A model generated the notes under the pieces. That model was not told the DNA's origin, did not search any database, and saw nothing but the letters and a program-made list of their open reading frames with translations. From Deltaproteobacteria bacterium (GTDB taxonomy: Bacteria > Myxococcota > JACRCW01), in assembly GCA_016218805.1 (NCBI GenBank), contig JACRCW010000039.1, positions 1-64,000 of the forward strand: 64,000 bases of DNA, written 5' to 3'. Within the stretch, counting starts at the first letter, position 1, and every line of letters starts with the position of its first letter. Both the position numbers and the translations under genes were made by a program. Below, one piece after another: positions 19,978 through 30,439 of the stretch.

Positions 19978-22662
19978 TCACGGGCACGGCACCGTAGGCA
20001 CCACGCCACCTGCCGACGGATTGCCCACCGCGAGGTAGCCCCAGGTGCCAGGGCGTCCGCCCCGGCCGAAGCTGTCGGGCGCGTCGTTGGCGACCAGACG
20101 CGCCTCAATGGTATCGCCGGGAGCTGCGGTGACGACACCCCGCACCGCTTGGCCGGCGCTACCCTGGTCCAGCACGCGCAGCTTGGAGACGAGCCCGACC
20201 TCGACGCCCGCGCGGCACACCCGGATCGAAGCGGCGTTGGGCGAGTACCCGACGAAGTCGTGGTTGCCGGTAGCCACGAAGGAGCAGGACCTGCTGCCCG
20301 TACCAGGCTCGCCGCCCTTGACCAGACAGCCGGCAGTCCCCGTCGAGGCCGTCCCTTCGTCGGGAGGTAACGTGGCGCAGGGAAGGCCGTCGGATTGGCC
20401 GCAGCCGGAGGACGCGCTCGCCGGCGGCGCAGGCACCGCGGGCTGGGTCGGCACCAGCAGACGGGAGGCGCTGCCCGGCCTGTGGAGCAACTCCACCTTC
20501 ACCGATGGCAGCTCCGACGCGTATTGGTAGGAGCCGCCGGTGATGCGGTCGGAGAACGGCGGCGACGAGACCCGCACCACGAATTGGTGACCCGCGCGGA
20601 AGACATGGCCGAGCGGCCAGACGCCGATCTGCATCCGCACCGTGGCGCCCGAGGAAACCGGCAGCACCGCGCTCGCGGCATGTGGGTGGTGCGGCTGGAT
20701 GATCTCGCCAGCGAAGGCGCCCGTGGCGATGGTCTTGGAGAGCGCCAGGTCCAGCGCACGCTCCGTCCCCCGCAGCACCCCGCTCTGGACGTACTGGGCC
20801 GCTCCGTCGGGGAACTGGTCGACGATCTCGACGAACAGGTCGGCGTCGGCGCCGAGGATGTTCGCGTACAGATCCAGCACCAGCGGCCCGGCCACCACCG
20901 TGTCCGCTCCGACCGGAAAGGCGTAGCTCACCGAGGCGTGGGTCCCCGTCAGGCGAGTGAACGGCTCGCCACCGGTCTCCGTCGCGAAGACATCCGCCGC
21001 CTCGTCCGAAGCGGGTGGGGTCACGCTCAAGGCCTTGCCGGCGCGCAGGTAGAGCGCCTGCCAGACGGTGCCGGGGAGTGGGTAGTCTGCTGCCGCGGCC
21101 GAAGCCGCCGGGGGATTGGCGCCCGGCGCGCTCTCCAGGTAGAGGCGCACGCGTTTGCCGGCGTCCGTGATGTCACCCGGGCAGCCCTCGCCCGACTTCA
21201 GCATCCAGCAATCGAGCCACGCGTCACTGTCGGAGACCCCGGCCCTGCCGGCGTGCCTGCCGTTGGCCAGCACCAGCCGCTTCGGCGTCGAGGTTGGGAT
21301 GCGCTCGAAGAGCAGCGCGCCGGAAGGCCCGGTCTGCTCGTCCTGGTACATGTGCCTCAGGTGGATGGGGACCCGGATGTTGGGCGCGTACGTGGCGAGC
21401 GAGTGAGTCCGGAAGTATGGGTTGTCGTCGACGTCGGTCAGCACCTGCTCGAGCAAGGCGTACCCGACGGTGGGGGGACGGCCGGCGGTGTGGTCGCGGC
21501 AGGCGGGGTTTCCGGCGGCCAGTTCGTCGTTGCCGCGATAGGTCATCGCCAGCGCGCCGGAGGTCTTCCCGCCAATCCCCGCCAACCACCCCACCGGGAA
21601 GCCGGCGTTGGTGACGTGGCCCAGGTGGACGGCTCCACGGTAGAGGTCGTCGATGAGGCCTCCGACGGCGACCGCGTTCACGTGCGGCGGGTTCAACGCC
21701 GCGATCCGGAAGCCCATGTTGCCCCAGTAGGAAAAGCCGACGACGGCGACACGCTGGTTGGACCAGGGCTGGGCGACGACCCAGCTCTCAATGACGTCGT
21801 AGTGGTCCTGGATGTCGCGCACACTCCATAGGTCGTAGGTCCCGCCCGAGCAGCCGGTCCCGCGCGCGGAAACCTCCACCCTCACGTAGCTGTCGTCCTG
21901 GTCCCGCGGGAACCCCGGTGGCCAACCTCCGGGGTAGATGGAGTTGGCGTAGCCGGAGGTCTGGTACTTGGTGGGATAGCGGCGACCCACCTGATAGTCG
22001 TCCGGAAACAGGGCAATGACCGCGAGCTTCACGCCGTCGGTGACCTGGACGTAGGTGCGCTGCACGTTGAGGGTTCCATCGACCGGGTCGTCGTCGATGA
22101 TGCTTCCCTGGCCCACGGCGTCCGCGAACCCTGCGTTGCCCGACGGATTACAGAGGTCCAAGGTGAGGTACTCGCCGCCCGTCTCATCGACCTCGTCGGC
22201 AGCGACCTGCACCGTGACCGCCTGGCTGGTGACTCCAGCCGCGAAGGTCAACCTTCCGCTGACGGCGGTATAGTCCACCCCGGCCGTCGCTCCCGCGCCC
22301 CCGAGGCCCGCCGCGCCATCAACGCCGTCTGCCGTGGCGTAGTCCACCGTCAACGCGAACGGAGCAGCGGGGGCGAGAGTGACCGTGAAGGTCAGCGCGG
22401 TCAGTCCGCCGCCGCTGCCCTCCTTCACCCGGGGGTCGTCGATGCTGAAGAGGTACCCTGCGTCCCCCCCGGCGCCGCAGACCGCGCTCGCGTCCTGGCC
22501 GGGCGCTCCGGCATCGGCCGGCTGCCCCGCGTCGATCCCGGTTGCCGTGGAGGCGTCCCTGCCCGGCTCGCCGCTGGCGCCCGTGACCGGCGGAGAAGGA
22601 TTCCCACAGGCACCGAACACCAGAACCGCGAGCACGGCTATGAACCGCGCAAATGTCCCCAT
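19978..22662 (-). CDS. CocE/NonD (peptidase S15) hydrolase lipoprotein with Calx-beta domain
   Basis: FGAC lipobox; FTVTL..VTVDYATADG..AGVDY..LTFAAG (Calx-beta); RGTGCSGG, QPWSNQRV and GFSYWG nucleophile motif. Confidence 0.88.
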   Translation of the reverse strand: MGTFARFIAVLAVLVFGACGNPSPPVTGASGEPGRDASTATGIDAGQPADAGAPGQDASAVCGAGGDAGYLFSIDDPRVKEGSGGGLTALTFTVTLAPAAPFALTVDYATADGVDGAAGLGGAGATAGVDYTAVSGRLTFAAGVTSQAVTVQVAADEVDETGGEYLTLDLCNPSGNAGFADAVGQGSIIDDDPVDGTLNVQRTYVQVTDGVKLAVIALFPDDYQVGRRYPTKYQTSGYANSIYPGGWPPGFPRDQDDSYVRVEVSARGTGCSGGTYDLWSVRDIQDHYDVIESWVVAQPWSNQRVAVVGFSYWGNMGFRIAALNPPHVNAVAVGGLIDDLYRGAVHLGHVTNAGFPVGWLAGIGGKTSGALAMTYRGNDELAAGNPACRDHTAGRPPTVGYALLEQVLTDVDDNPYFRTHSLATYAPNIRVPIHLRHMYQDEQTGPSGALLFERIPTSTPKRLVLANGRHAGRAGVSDSDAWLDCWMLKSGEGCPGDITDAGKRVRLYLESAPGANPPAASAAAADYPLPGTVWQALYLRAGKALSVTPPASDEAADVFATETGGEPFTRLTGTHASVSYAFPVGADTVVAGPLVLDLYANILGADADLFVEIVDQFPDGAAQYVQSGVLRGTERALDLALSKTIATGAFAGEIIQPHHPHAASAVLPVSSGATVRMQIGVWPLGHVFRAGHQFVVRVSSPPFSDRITGGSYQYASELPSVKVELLHRPGSASRLLVPTQPAVPAPPASASSGCGQSDGLPCATLPPDEGTASTGTAGCLVKGGEPGTGSRSCSFVATGNHDFVGYSPNAASIRVCRAGVEVGLVSKLRVLDQGSAGQAVRGVVTAAPGDTIEARLVANDAPDSFGRGGRPGTWGYLAVGNPSAGGVVPTVPCP

Positions 22663-23452
22663 GACTGACCTCTCCCCGTCGATCGAGTGCTCGTACTCCC
22701 GTCGCTGCCACCCGCAGGGAGTCTGCGCGCGGGTCAGGGCCCCGGCAAGCCATGTCCTTCGCGAAGGGACGAGTTGTGCCGTGTCCTCGGCGAACCTTCG
22801 GCCTGTTCAAGACAACAGGTAGACCGGTCGTTGAGCCAGGGTCGACGCGCACAGGTCCCTGCCCTCCGGGCATCGTCACCGCGTCCGTTCGCGCGGGGCG
22901 CACGGCCCACAAGCCCGGCAAACCGGCCCCCTCCCGGGTTGACCCGCATCACGCGGGTGCGGGGTCACGACCCCCCTGGGGCGCTTTCCAGAGCGGAGGG
23001 GCGGGTCCGGGGCGGGTCCTGACCAGGTGCGTGGCTTCACCGGAAGCCCACTGGAGTATGAGGCCCGGGCGCGCCGTGCTCTGTGGCCTTCATCTGCACC
23101 AACTGAGGCATCCGCTCATACTGACGCCGGCATCCCCGGGAGGGCTCGGCTCCTGCCGAGCCCAGCGTCACGGGGCCAACCACGGAGGTCACAAAGAGGC
23201 CCATCATGGTCAGCCTTGGAGCGCCGGTCTGCCACCTCCACGTCGGCAGCCTCTACGAGCTGACGAAGCCGCGTGACTCCCAGGGTTTCCAGAGCATCTT
23301 CGGTGAGCGTGTTCACCGCGGCACTGTCGCCGGACCAACCCGGCGGCAGCAAGCAACCGCTACGACTATTTCGGTCCCCGCCGCCTCCTTGGCGGTGTGC
23401 CCGGTGACACCACCGTGGCACCCACCCGCACACCGGCCGGCGGGGGCGCCCC

Positions 23453-25567
23453 TCAGCCGCGCCCTTCACCGGTCTTGGCGGCTTCCACCACCTGGATGCG
23501 GGACACGCGCAGCACGCGCTCCTGTGCCTGCGGGTTCTTGGGGAAGCGCACGCGCACCATGGGCGTGCCCGCGCGGTCAAACCGCTCCACCACTTCCACC
23601 GTCATGGTCTCCGTGCCGCCGCCGGCTTCAGGCTGGTAGCGCAGGCGCACCGCTCGGCCTTCCGACTCCGCGCGCTCCAACGCTCCCGCCGCCGGCGTGG
23701 ACGCGCTCTGCTCCGGTGCCCGCCGTGCGCGCAGCGGCACCACCGCAGGCCCGGCGGAGGCGGTGGCCGCCATCCGCGCCATGGCCGCGTTTCCGGTGAG
23801 CGCGTGCAGCACCTGCGCGCCCGGCTGCGGCGGCGGGAGGGGCGGCGCCACGGACACCTCCGTCAGCGCCGCCAGCAGGGTGGCCTGCCGCTGGCCGGCC
23901 AGCCGGGTCCCCAGCGGGGCCTCGGCGCCGTCCAGGTGGTCCTCGTCGTCCGGCAGGCGCATGGGCGGCGCGTACATCAGCGTGTCCTCCGCCACGGCCA
24001 GCCCCAGCTCCACCAGGCGCGCGCGCGCGCGCGCTTCGCGCGCGGTGTCCACCAGGAACACCGTGGGCGTCAGTGCCTCACCCAACAGTGACGCCACCTC
24101 CGGGTCCTCCGCGGCGCGGCGCGCATCCGCTTCCTCCGCAAACGCAATGATGAGCCCCCGCCCAAACGCCGCGCGGCCCCGCGGCGCGCCGTAGTCCTGC
24201 AGCGTGCGCTGGACGTTGTCCGGCACCCCGCGTGACGCCAGCGCGTGCAGCACCGCCTCCATGCGGGCGGGGTGCACGCCGCGGGCTGCCCCGGCGCTGA
24301 CGGAGGTGGGCGTGACATGGAAGCGGCTCACCGTGTCCAGCACGCGCGGCTCGGCAAACAGCCCCAGGCACGCCAGCAGGTCCGGCGGTGCGCTCGGTCC
24401 GACGTGGACTTCGTGGTCCGCGCCCACGTGGCCGTCGGGGCGGTGGTCCGGCGGGAGCGGGTCACCGCCGCGCAGCGCGGCCAGCACCGCGGGGTGGAGC
24501 CGCAGCGCGGGCGCGCCATCCGGTGTGCGGCCGCGCTCAAACAGCGGCGCGTTCCCCAGCAGGTCCAGGTCCGCGCGTGCCCCCGCCTCGTTGCCGCGCG
24601 CGTCCACGGGGAACGGGTGGCCGCCCAGCACCTGCTCGGTGTGGTGCAGCGTCTTGATCGCGCGGCGCAGCGTCGTCTCGGGGACAAATCCGCCGCCCGG
24701 CTCGCGCGCCAGGCGCAGCACCGCGGCAAACGCGCGCGGCGTCACCGCCGTCACCAGCAGGCGGCGCCAGAACCCGCCGGTGCGGTCCGCCAGCAGCTCC
24801 GGCGCGTCATGCGCCACGGACAACCGCGCGCCCGTGGGACGGGCCAGCCCGGCGCGCACGGCCAGCGTGACAATGTGCGGGATGAGCGTGCGGTCCACCA
24901 CGTGGTGCAGCGCGTCCAGCACCCGCGCCTGGTCGCGCGAATGCAGCTCCGTCCCCACCGCCGCCGAGCGCAGCCGCGGCGCATGCGCGCCCACGTACGC
25001 CAGGAACAGCCCCAGCACGTGCGCGGGGCTCGTCTTGATGCGCATGCCCAGCGGCTCGCCCGTGCCCGGCGCGCCCCCGCGCCGCTCCAGCGCGTCCAGC
25101 CAGCCGGACGTTGCCGCGGCCAGGGCGGGGCGCACACCGGGGAGCACGCGCAGCCGCTCGCCGCGGCGGGAATCCACCGCCAGCACCACGCCCAGCTCGT
25201 GCAGGGACGCCACCGCGGCATCCGCCAGGCGGCGGTCGTCGTCCAGCAGCAGGGCCAGCTCAAACTGCAGGTGCTCCTTCTCCATGCCCGCCGGGTGCTG
25301 CGCCAGCACGGCCAGCGCCAGCGTCGTCGCACCCCGCTTGGGATCCGTGGCGCGCGCCACCAGGCCCGGGTCACGCAGCGCCGCCTCAATGGACGCCTTG
25401 GTGGCCCCCGGCACGCTCTGGCCCAGGCGGCGCAGGCGCTCGGCCAGCACCGGCAGGTCCCGCTCCCCCACCAGGGAAAGCAGCGGCTCGCGGTCCTGCG
25501 GCCATTCCACGTCGGTGCGGAACAGCGCCGCTTCCGGCGTGACCGCTTTGATGCGCGGACGGGTCAT
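23453..25567 (-). CDS. XPB-associated protein (Helicase_C_3-like domain, C-terminal WYL-like domain)
   Basis: FHVTPTSVSAGA..G...GVPDNVQRTLQDY; C-terminus ALERA..EGRAVRLRY...ERVLRVSRI; directly downstream of XPB. Confidence 0.75.
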   Translation of the reverse strand: MTRPRIKAVTPEAALFRTDVEWPQDREPLLSLVGERDLPVLAERLRRLGQSVPGATKASIEAALRDPGLVARATDPKRGATTLALAVLAQHPAGMEKEHLQFELALLLDDDRRLADAAVASLHELGVVLAVDSRRGERLRVLPGVRPALAAATSGWLDALERRGGAPGTGEPLGMRIKTSPAHVLGLFLAYVGAHAPRLRSAAVGTELHSRDQARVLDALHHVVDRTLIPHIVTLAVRAGLARPTGARLSVAHDAPELLADRTGGFWRRLLVTAVTPRAFAAVLRLAREPGGGFVPETTLRRAIKTLHHTEQVLGGHPFPVDARGNEAGARADLDLLGNAPLFERGRTPDGAPALRLHPAVLAALRGGDPLPPDHRPDGHVGADHEVHVGPSAPPDLLACLGLFAEPRVLDTVSRFHVTPTSVSAGAARGVHPARMEAVLHALASRGVPDNVQRTLQDYGAPRGRAAFGRGLIIAFAEEADARRAAEDPEVASLLGEALTPTVFLVDTAREARARARLVELGLAVAEDTLMYAPPMRLPDDEDHLDGAEAPLGTRLAGQRQATLLAALTEVSVAPPLPPPQPGAQVLHALTGNAAMARMAATASAGPAVVPLRARRAPEQSASTPAAGALERAESEGRAVRLRYQPEAGGGTETMTVEVVERFDRAGTPMVRVRFPKNPQAQERVLRVSRIQVVEAAKTGEGRG

Positions 25568-25572
25568 GCCGC

Positions 25573-27423
25573 TCACCGTCTCGCCACGGGGAAGGGAATG
25601 ATGGTCGCGCTGCGGTCCGGCTCAGGTGGCGCGCGCGCCCCCACCGCCTCTTCCACCACGTCCTCGTGCGGACCGCGCGGGAGATCGTGCGCGTCACCGT
25701 CCTGCCGCTCATCACCCGGCGCGGGGACGGCCAGCGGCGGCGGCGGCGCATCACGCAGGGGAACACCGTCCGGCGGAGCCCAGTCCTCAATGGCGTACTT
25801 GTAGCCCTGCTCGGCCAGGAACAGCTGGCGGTGCATGCCCATCTCCATCTCCACGCTCTCCCGGGTCACCAGCGTATAGAAACGCGCGGGACCGCCCTTG
25901 GGCCGCAGGATGCGCCCCAGCCGCTGCGCCTCCTCCTGCCGTGAACCAAACGCCCCGGACAGCTGGATGAGCACGTTGGCATCCGGCAGGTCTATGGCAA
26001 AGTTGGCCACCTTGCTGGCAACAAGGATGCGCTCCTCCCCGCGCTTGAAGCGGCCAAACAACCGGTCGCGCTCGGGCTCCGGCGTCTCCCCGGTGATGAG
26101 CGGCGCACCCAGCTCGCGCGCCACCTCCCGCAGCGAATGCAGGTACTGCCCAATGATGAGCACCAGGTCGGACGCGTGCGCCTCCACGAGCTCGCGCACC
26201 ACCTGCAGCTTCACCGGATTCTCCGCAGCCACGCGGTGCTGCCCGCGCTTGCCGGCAATCTCGTACGCCTCCCGCCACGACGGCGCGAACGGCACGCGCA
26301 TCTCCGTGCAGATGGCCTGCGCAATGAAGCCCTGCGCCTCCAGCTCGCGCCACGGCGAGTCATACCGCTTGGGGCCAATGAGCCCGAACACGTGGCCCTC
26401 GCGCCCGTCCTCACGCACCAGCGTGGCGGTCAGGCCCAGCCGCCGCCGCCCCTGGATTTCTGCCGTCACGCGGAACACCGGCGCAGGCAGCAGGTGCACC
26501 TCGTCGTAGATGATGAGGCCGTACCCGCGCCCGGACAGCGTGTTGAAGTGCGGCCAACTCTCGCCCTTGCGGGTGGTCAGCACGCTGTACGTCGCCACGG
26601 TCACCGGGCCCACGTTCTTCTTGCGGCCCGTGTACTCCACCACGCATTCCTCCGGGACCTCCATCTTGTCCTTGATTTCCTCCATCCACTGGTGGACGGC
26701 CGTGGTGCTGGTGGCCAGGATGAGCGTCTCCGTCTTGAGGGCCGCCATGGCCGCCATGGCCACCACGGTCTTTCCCGCGCCGCACGGCAGCACCACCACG
26801 CCGGTCCCGCCGCCATCGGCGCCGGCCAGGAAGCTGTGCAGCGCGTTCTGCTGGTACGCTCGCAGCGCAAAGGGCAACCCGGCCCGCGTGGTGGTGCGTA
26901 GCTCCATGGCCAGCGGCACGCCCGGCGTGAAGCCCGCCTTGTCCACCACCGGATAGCCCACGTTGATGAGCGCCAGTTTCAGCGCACCCCGCATCTCCAG
27001 GCGGATGCGGAAGTGCGTGTCGTCCACGCGGTCCTGCAGGTAGCGGTCCAGCACGCGGTCCCGCGCCAGCCGTGTGGCAAACCGCTCGGTGTCCACCTCC
27101 AGCACCGCGGCGTCGCCCTCGCCGGGCAGCAGCGTGAGGCGTCCATAGCGGCCAATGTACTCAGTGACGTCGGCAATGACGTTCTGCGGCACGTCAAAAC
27201 GGCTGTGTTCGCGCAGCGAGCTGAGCACGCGGTCCGCACCCCAGCCCGCCGTGGCCGCGTTCCACAGGCTCAGCGGTGTGATGCGGTAGGTGTGCACGTG
27301 CTCGGGGCTCTTCACCATCTCGGCAAAACGCGCCAGCGCATCCCGCGCGGCCGGATAACCGGGGTGATCCACCTCCACCAAGAGCGTCCGGTCGCTCTGC
27401 ACAACAACGCAACCTGCGGGCAT
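25573..27423 (-). CDS. DNA repair helicase XPB/Ssl2/Rad25 family
   Basis: KSPEHVHTYRITPLSLWNA, LPCGAGKT, DEVH, LGLTATLVREDG, SRQEEAQRLGRILRPK. Confidence 0.95.
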   Translation of the reverse strand: MPAGCVVVQSDRTLLVEVDHPGYPAARDALARFAEMVKSPEHVHTYRITPLSLWNAATAGWGADRVLSSLREHSRFDVPQNVIADVTEYIGRYGRLTLLPGEGDAAVLEVDTERFATRLARDRVLDRYLQDRVDDTHFRIRLEMRGALKLALINVGYPVVDKAGFTPGVPLAMELRTTTRAGLPFALRAYQQNALHSFLAGADGGGTGVVVLPCGAGKTVVAMAAMAALKTETLILATSTTAVHQWMEEIKDKMEVPEECVVEYTGRKKNVGPVTVATYSVLTTRKGESWPHFNTLSGRGYGLIIYDEVHLLPAPVFRVTAEIQGRRRLGLTATLVREDGREGHVFGLIGPKRYDSPWRELEAQGFIAQAICTEMRVPFAPSWREAYEIAGKRGQHRVAAENPVKLQVVRELVEAHASDLVLIIGQYLHSLREVARELGAPLITGETPEPERDRLFGRFKRGEERILVASKVANFAIDLPDANVLIQLSGAFGSRQEEAQRLGRILRPKGGPARFYTLVTRESVEMEMGMHRQLFLAEQGYKYAIEDWAPPDGVPLRDAPPPPLAVPAPGDERQDGDAHDLPRGPHEDVVEEAVGARAPPEPDRSATIIPFPVARR

Positions 27424-27552
27424 GGGCGCGGCGTAACGCGCCCCCGCACACCCCGCAAGTATCCGCCAACACGAAGCTTTTTTCCTTGCCGCATTCCCGG
27501 CGGCCAGCTAATGGCTGGTGGTTTTTGCCCAAGCCAGGAAGGGGAGTTGAAC

Positions 27553-28899
27553 ATGCGCTGCTTGCCGCTGTGGTCGCTGTGCTTCGTGCTGCTGCCCGCC
27601 GTGCCCGGCGCCGCGCAATCGGATGGTCCGGCGGTGGAAACGGCCGTCGACACGCTGCCCAACGGGCTCACGGTCATCACGGTGGAGGACCACGCGGCGC
27701 CGGTGGTGTCGTTCCAGGTCTGGGTCCGCACCGGGAGCAAGAACGAGCGCCCCGGCATCACCGGCGTGAGCCACCTGTTTGAGCACATGATGTTCAAGGG
27801 ATCCCGCAAGTACGGCCCGGAGGAGCACGCGCGCATTGTGCAGGGCAACGGCGGGGTGCCCAACGCGTTCACCACGCGGGATTTCACCGCCTATTACGAC
27901 GATTTCCCGTCGGACAGGCTGGAACTGGCCGTGCAGCTGGAGGCGGAGCGGTTCCAGAACCTCAGCATCACGGAGGAGAACCTGAAGAGCGAGCGCGAGG
28001 TGGTGAAGGAGGAGCGGCGCCTGCGCACGGACAACACGCCGACGGGCAAGGCGGTGGAGGAGCTGCTGGCCACCGTCTACAAGGCGCACCCCTACAGCTG
28101 GCCGGTCGTCGGGTGGATGAGTGACCTGGACGCGCTGACGCTCGCGGACTGCCGGGAGTACTTCCGCGCGCACTACGCGCCCAACAACGCGGTCATCGTC
28201 GTGGCGGGGGACACCACGCCGGCGGAGGTGATGAAGCTGGTGCGCCGGCACTTTGGGCGGTGGCGCCGGCAGCCGCCTGCGGCGCCGGTCCCCACGCGGG
28301 ATCCCGAGCAGAAGGGGGAGCGCCGCGTGACGCTGCGCATGCCCGCTCAGGCGCCGCTCATCCTGGGCGGGTGGCACGTCCCCGCCGCTGCGCATGCGGA
28401 CCTGGCCGTGCTGGAGGTCATTTCCAACCTGCTGTCCAACGGGAAGAGCAGCCGCCTGTACCAGCGGCTGGTCCACACGGACCAGACGGCCACCGCGGCG
28501 GCGGGCGGCGTGTTCCGGCTGGAGCACCCGGGGGTGTTCTACGCGTACGCCATGGTGAAGCCCGGCGAAGACCCGAAGAAGGTTGAGGACGCCTACCTGG
28601 CCGAGGTGGAGAAGCTGAAGACGGAGCCCATTGCGGACACGGAGCTGCAGAAGGTCCGCAACCAGTTGGAGAGCGGGCACGTGTTTGGGCTCAAGCGGGT
28701 GCATGCGCTGGGTCAGGAGGTGGCGGAGGCGTACCTGCTGGAGGGCTCCGTGGACGCGTTCAAGACGCGGTTGGCGCGGTGGCGTGCGGTCACGCCGGCG
28801 GACATCCAGCGCGTGGCCCGGACCTATTTCACCGTGGACAACCGCACGCTCATCACTGTGTTGCCGGACAACCCGCCGCCTAAGAACGCGCTGCGCTGA
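27553..28899 (+). CDS. M16 family zinc peptidase, catalytic subunit
   Basis: Signal peptide, LPNGL, HLFEHMMFKGS (HxxEH), EREVVKEERR. Confidence 0.93.
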   Translation: MRCLPLWSLCFVLLPAVPGAAQSDGPAVETAVDTLPNGLTVITVEDHAAPVVSFQVWVRTGSKNERPGITGVSHLFEHMMFKGSRKYGPEEHARIVQGNGGVPNAFTTRDFTAYYDDFPSDRLELAVQLEAERFQNLSITEENLKSEREVVKEERRLRTDNTPTGKAVEELLATVYKAHPYSWPVVGWMSDLDALTLADCREYFRAHYAPNNAVIVVAGDTTPAEVMKLVRRHFGRWRRQPPAAPVPTRDPEQKGERRVTLRMPAQAPLILGGWHVPAAAHADLAVLEVISNLLSNGKSSRLYQRLVHTDQTATAAAGGVFRLEHPGVFYAYAMVKPGEDPKKVEDAYLAEVEKLKTEPIADTELQKVRNQLESGHVFGLKRVHALGQEVAEAYLLEGSVDAFKTRLARWRAVTPADIQRVARTYFTVDNRTLITVLPDNPPPKNALR

Positions 28900-28910
28900 G
28901 GGAGGCCACC

Positions 28911-30305
28911 ATGAAGACCACCACCCGCGTTGTGCTGCCCGTGCTCCTGGCGTTCTTGCCGTTTCTACGCGCCTCCGCCGCCACCAGCGCCGTGACCGAA
29001 GCGCGGTTTGGCAACGGCATGAAGGTCCTGCTGCTGGAGGACCACAAGCTGCCCACCATCTATTTCGGGCTGATGTTCCGCGCGGCGGGCGCGGCCATGG
29101 ACCCGCCCGGAAAGACGGGCGTGGCGTCCCTCACGGCCGAACTGCTGCGTGAGGGCACCAAGACGCGCAGCTCCAAGGACATCTCGCAGGCGGTGGACTT
29201 CATGGGCGCGTCACTGGGGGCGGGCGCGGACCATGACCGGGCCACGGCGTCCGCGGCGGGGCTGACGCGTGATACGCCGGCCATCCTGGACCTGCTGGCG
29301 GACGTGGTGCTGCGCCCCGCGTTCAAAGCGGAGGATTTTGACCGCGTGAAGGGGCTGCGCCTGGCCGCGTTGCAGCAGCAACTGGACGACGCGGACGGGC
29401 TGGCGCGGCGGGCGTTCAACCGCTTCCTGTTTGGCAAGCACGCCTATGCGCTGCCGGCGGAGGGCACGGTGAAGACCGTCACCGCCATCACGCGGGAGGA
29501 CGTGGCCGCGTTCCACGCCGCGCACTACCGGGCGGACAATGCGGTGCTGGTGATAGCGGGGGATTTCACCGCGGCGCAGGTGCTGCCGCTGGTGGAAAGC
29601 GCGCTTTCCACGTTCAAGCCCGGCACGGCGGAGCCCCCCGTTCCGGCGCCCGGCGCGCCGGCCACCGCCGCGCGCATCCTGCTGCTGGACAAGCCGGACC
29701 TCACGCAGGCCAAGATGACGTTTGGCCACCTGGGGATTGCGCGCACACACCCGGACTACTACCCGGCGCTGGTGATGAACGGCGTGCTGGGTGGCGCGGG
29801 CTTCCTGTCACGCCTGACCATGACGGTGCGGACCAAGATGGGACTCACCTACGGCATCGGCAGCTACTGGGATGCGCGCGTGGCGGGTGGTGGATTCGCG
29901 GTGTCGTGCAGCACGCGGACGGAGCAGGCGGTGGAGGCCATCCGGGCCACCGTGGCGGAGATGGACCGGCTGGCCGGAGGGGGCGCCACGCCGCGCGAAC
30001 TCGCGGATGTGCAGGGCTACCTGGCGGGGGCGTTTTCGCTGGCCATTGAAACGCCGGAGGCGCAGGCGGGTTACCTGCTGAGCGCGGAGCTGTTTGGGTT
30101 GGGGACGGATTTCCTGCGCACGCACCCGCAGAAGATCCGCGAAGTGACGGCGAAGGACGTGTCGCGTGCGGCGGGGGCGCTCATCGGCAGCGGGCTGCTG
30201 CGCTATGTCGTCGTGGGCAAGGCGGAGGCGCTGAAGGAGCCGTTGTCGCAGCTGGGCACGGTGGAACTGCGGGCGCACAAGGACTGGGCGGACGAGGCGC
30301 AGTGA
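28911..30305 (+). CDS. M16 family peptidase, non-catalytic partner subunit
   Basis: NGMKV, GVASLTAELLREGT (no HxxEH), SRL...VRTKMGLTY. Confidence 0.9.
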   Translation: MKTTTRVVLPVLLAFLPFLRASAATSAVTEARFGNGMKVLLLEDHKLPTIYFGLMFRAAGAAMDPPGKTGVASLTAELLREGTKTRSSKDISQAVDFMGASLGAGADHDRATASAAGLTRDTPAILDLLADVVLRPAFKAEDFDRVKGLRLAALQQQLDDADGLARRAFNRFLFGKHAYALPAEGTVKTVTAITREDVAAFHAAHYRADNAVLVIAGDFTAAQVLPLVESALSTFKPGTAEPPVPAPGAPATAARILLLDKPDLTQAKMTFGHLGIARTHPDYYPALVMNGVLGGAGFLSRLTMTVRTKMGLTYGIGSYWDARVAGGGFAVSCSTRTEQAVEAIRATVAEMDRLAGGGATPRELADVQGYLAGAFSLAIETPEAQAGYLLSAELFGLGTDFLRTHPQKIREVTAKDVSRAAGALIGSGLLRYVVVGKAEALKEPLSQLGTVELRAHKDWADEAQ

Positions 30306-30439
30306 CCGCGCCGGCGCGGCCGTAACGTTCACATGACGAAAGCCGCGGTCCACACCCCGGGCCCCGTCCTACCCAGCGCCTTTTCACCATGCCGACGGGC
30401 CACCCGGGCGCGCCGCGCCCGTCCAGGGCGTTCGCGCGG

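Noticed and set aside
24017..24034. (GC)n dinucleotide run as a phase-variation tract
   Set aside because: It encodes ARARAR in a GC-rich gene; the only length variant seen is in the non-functional duplicate.
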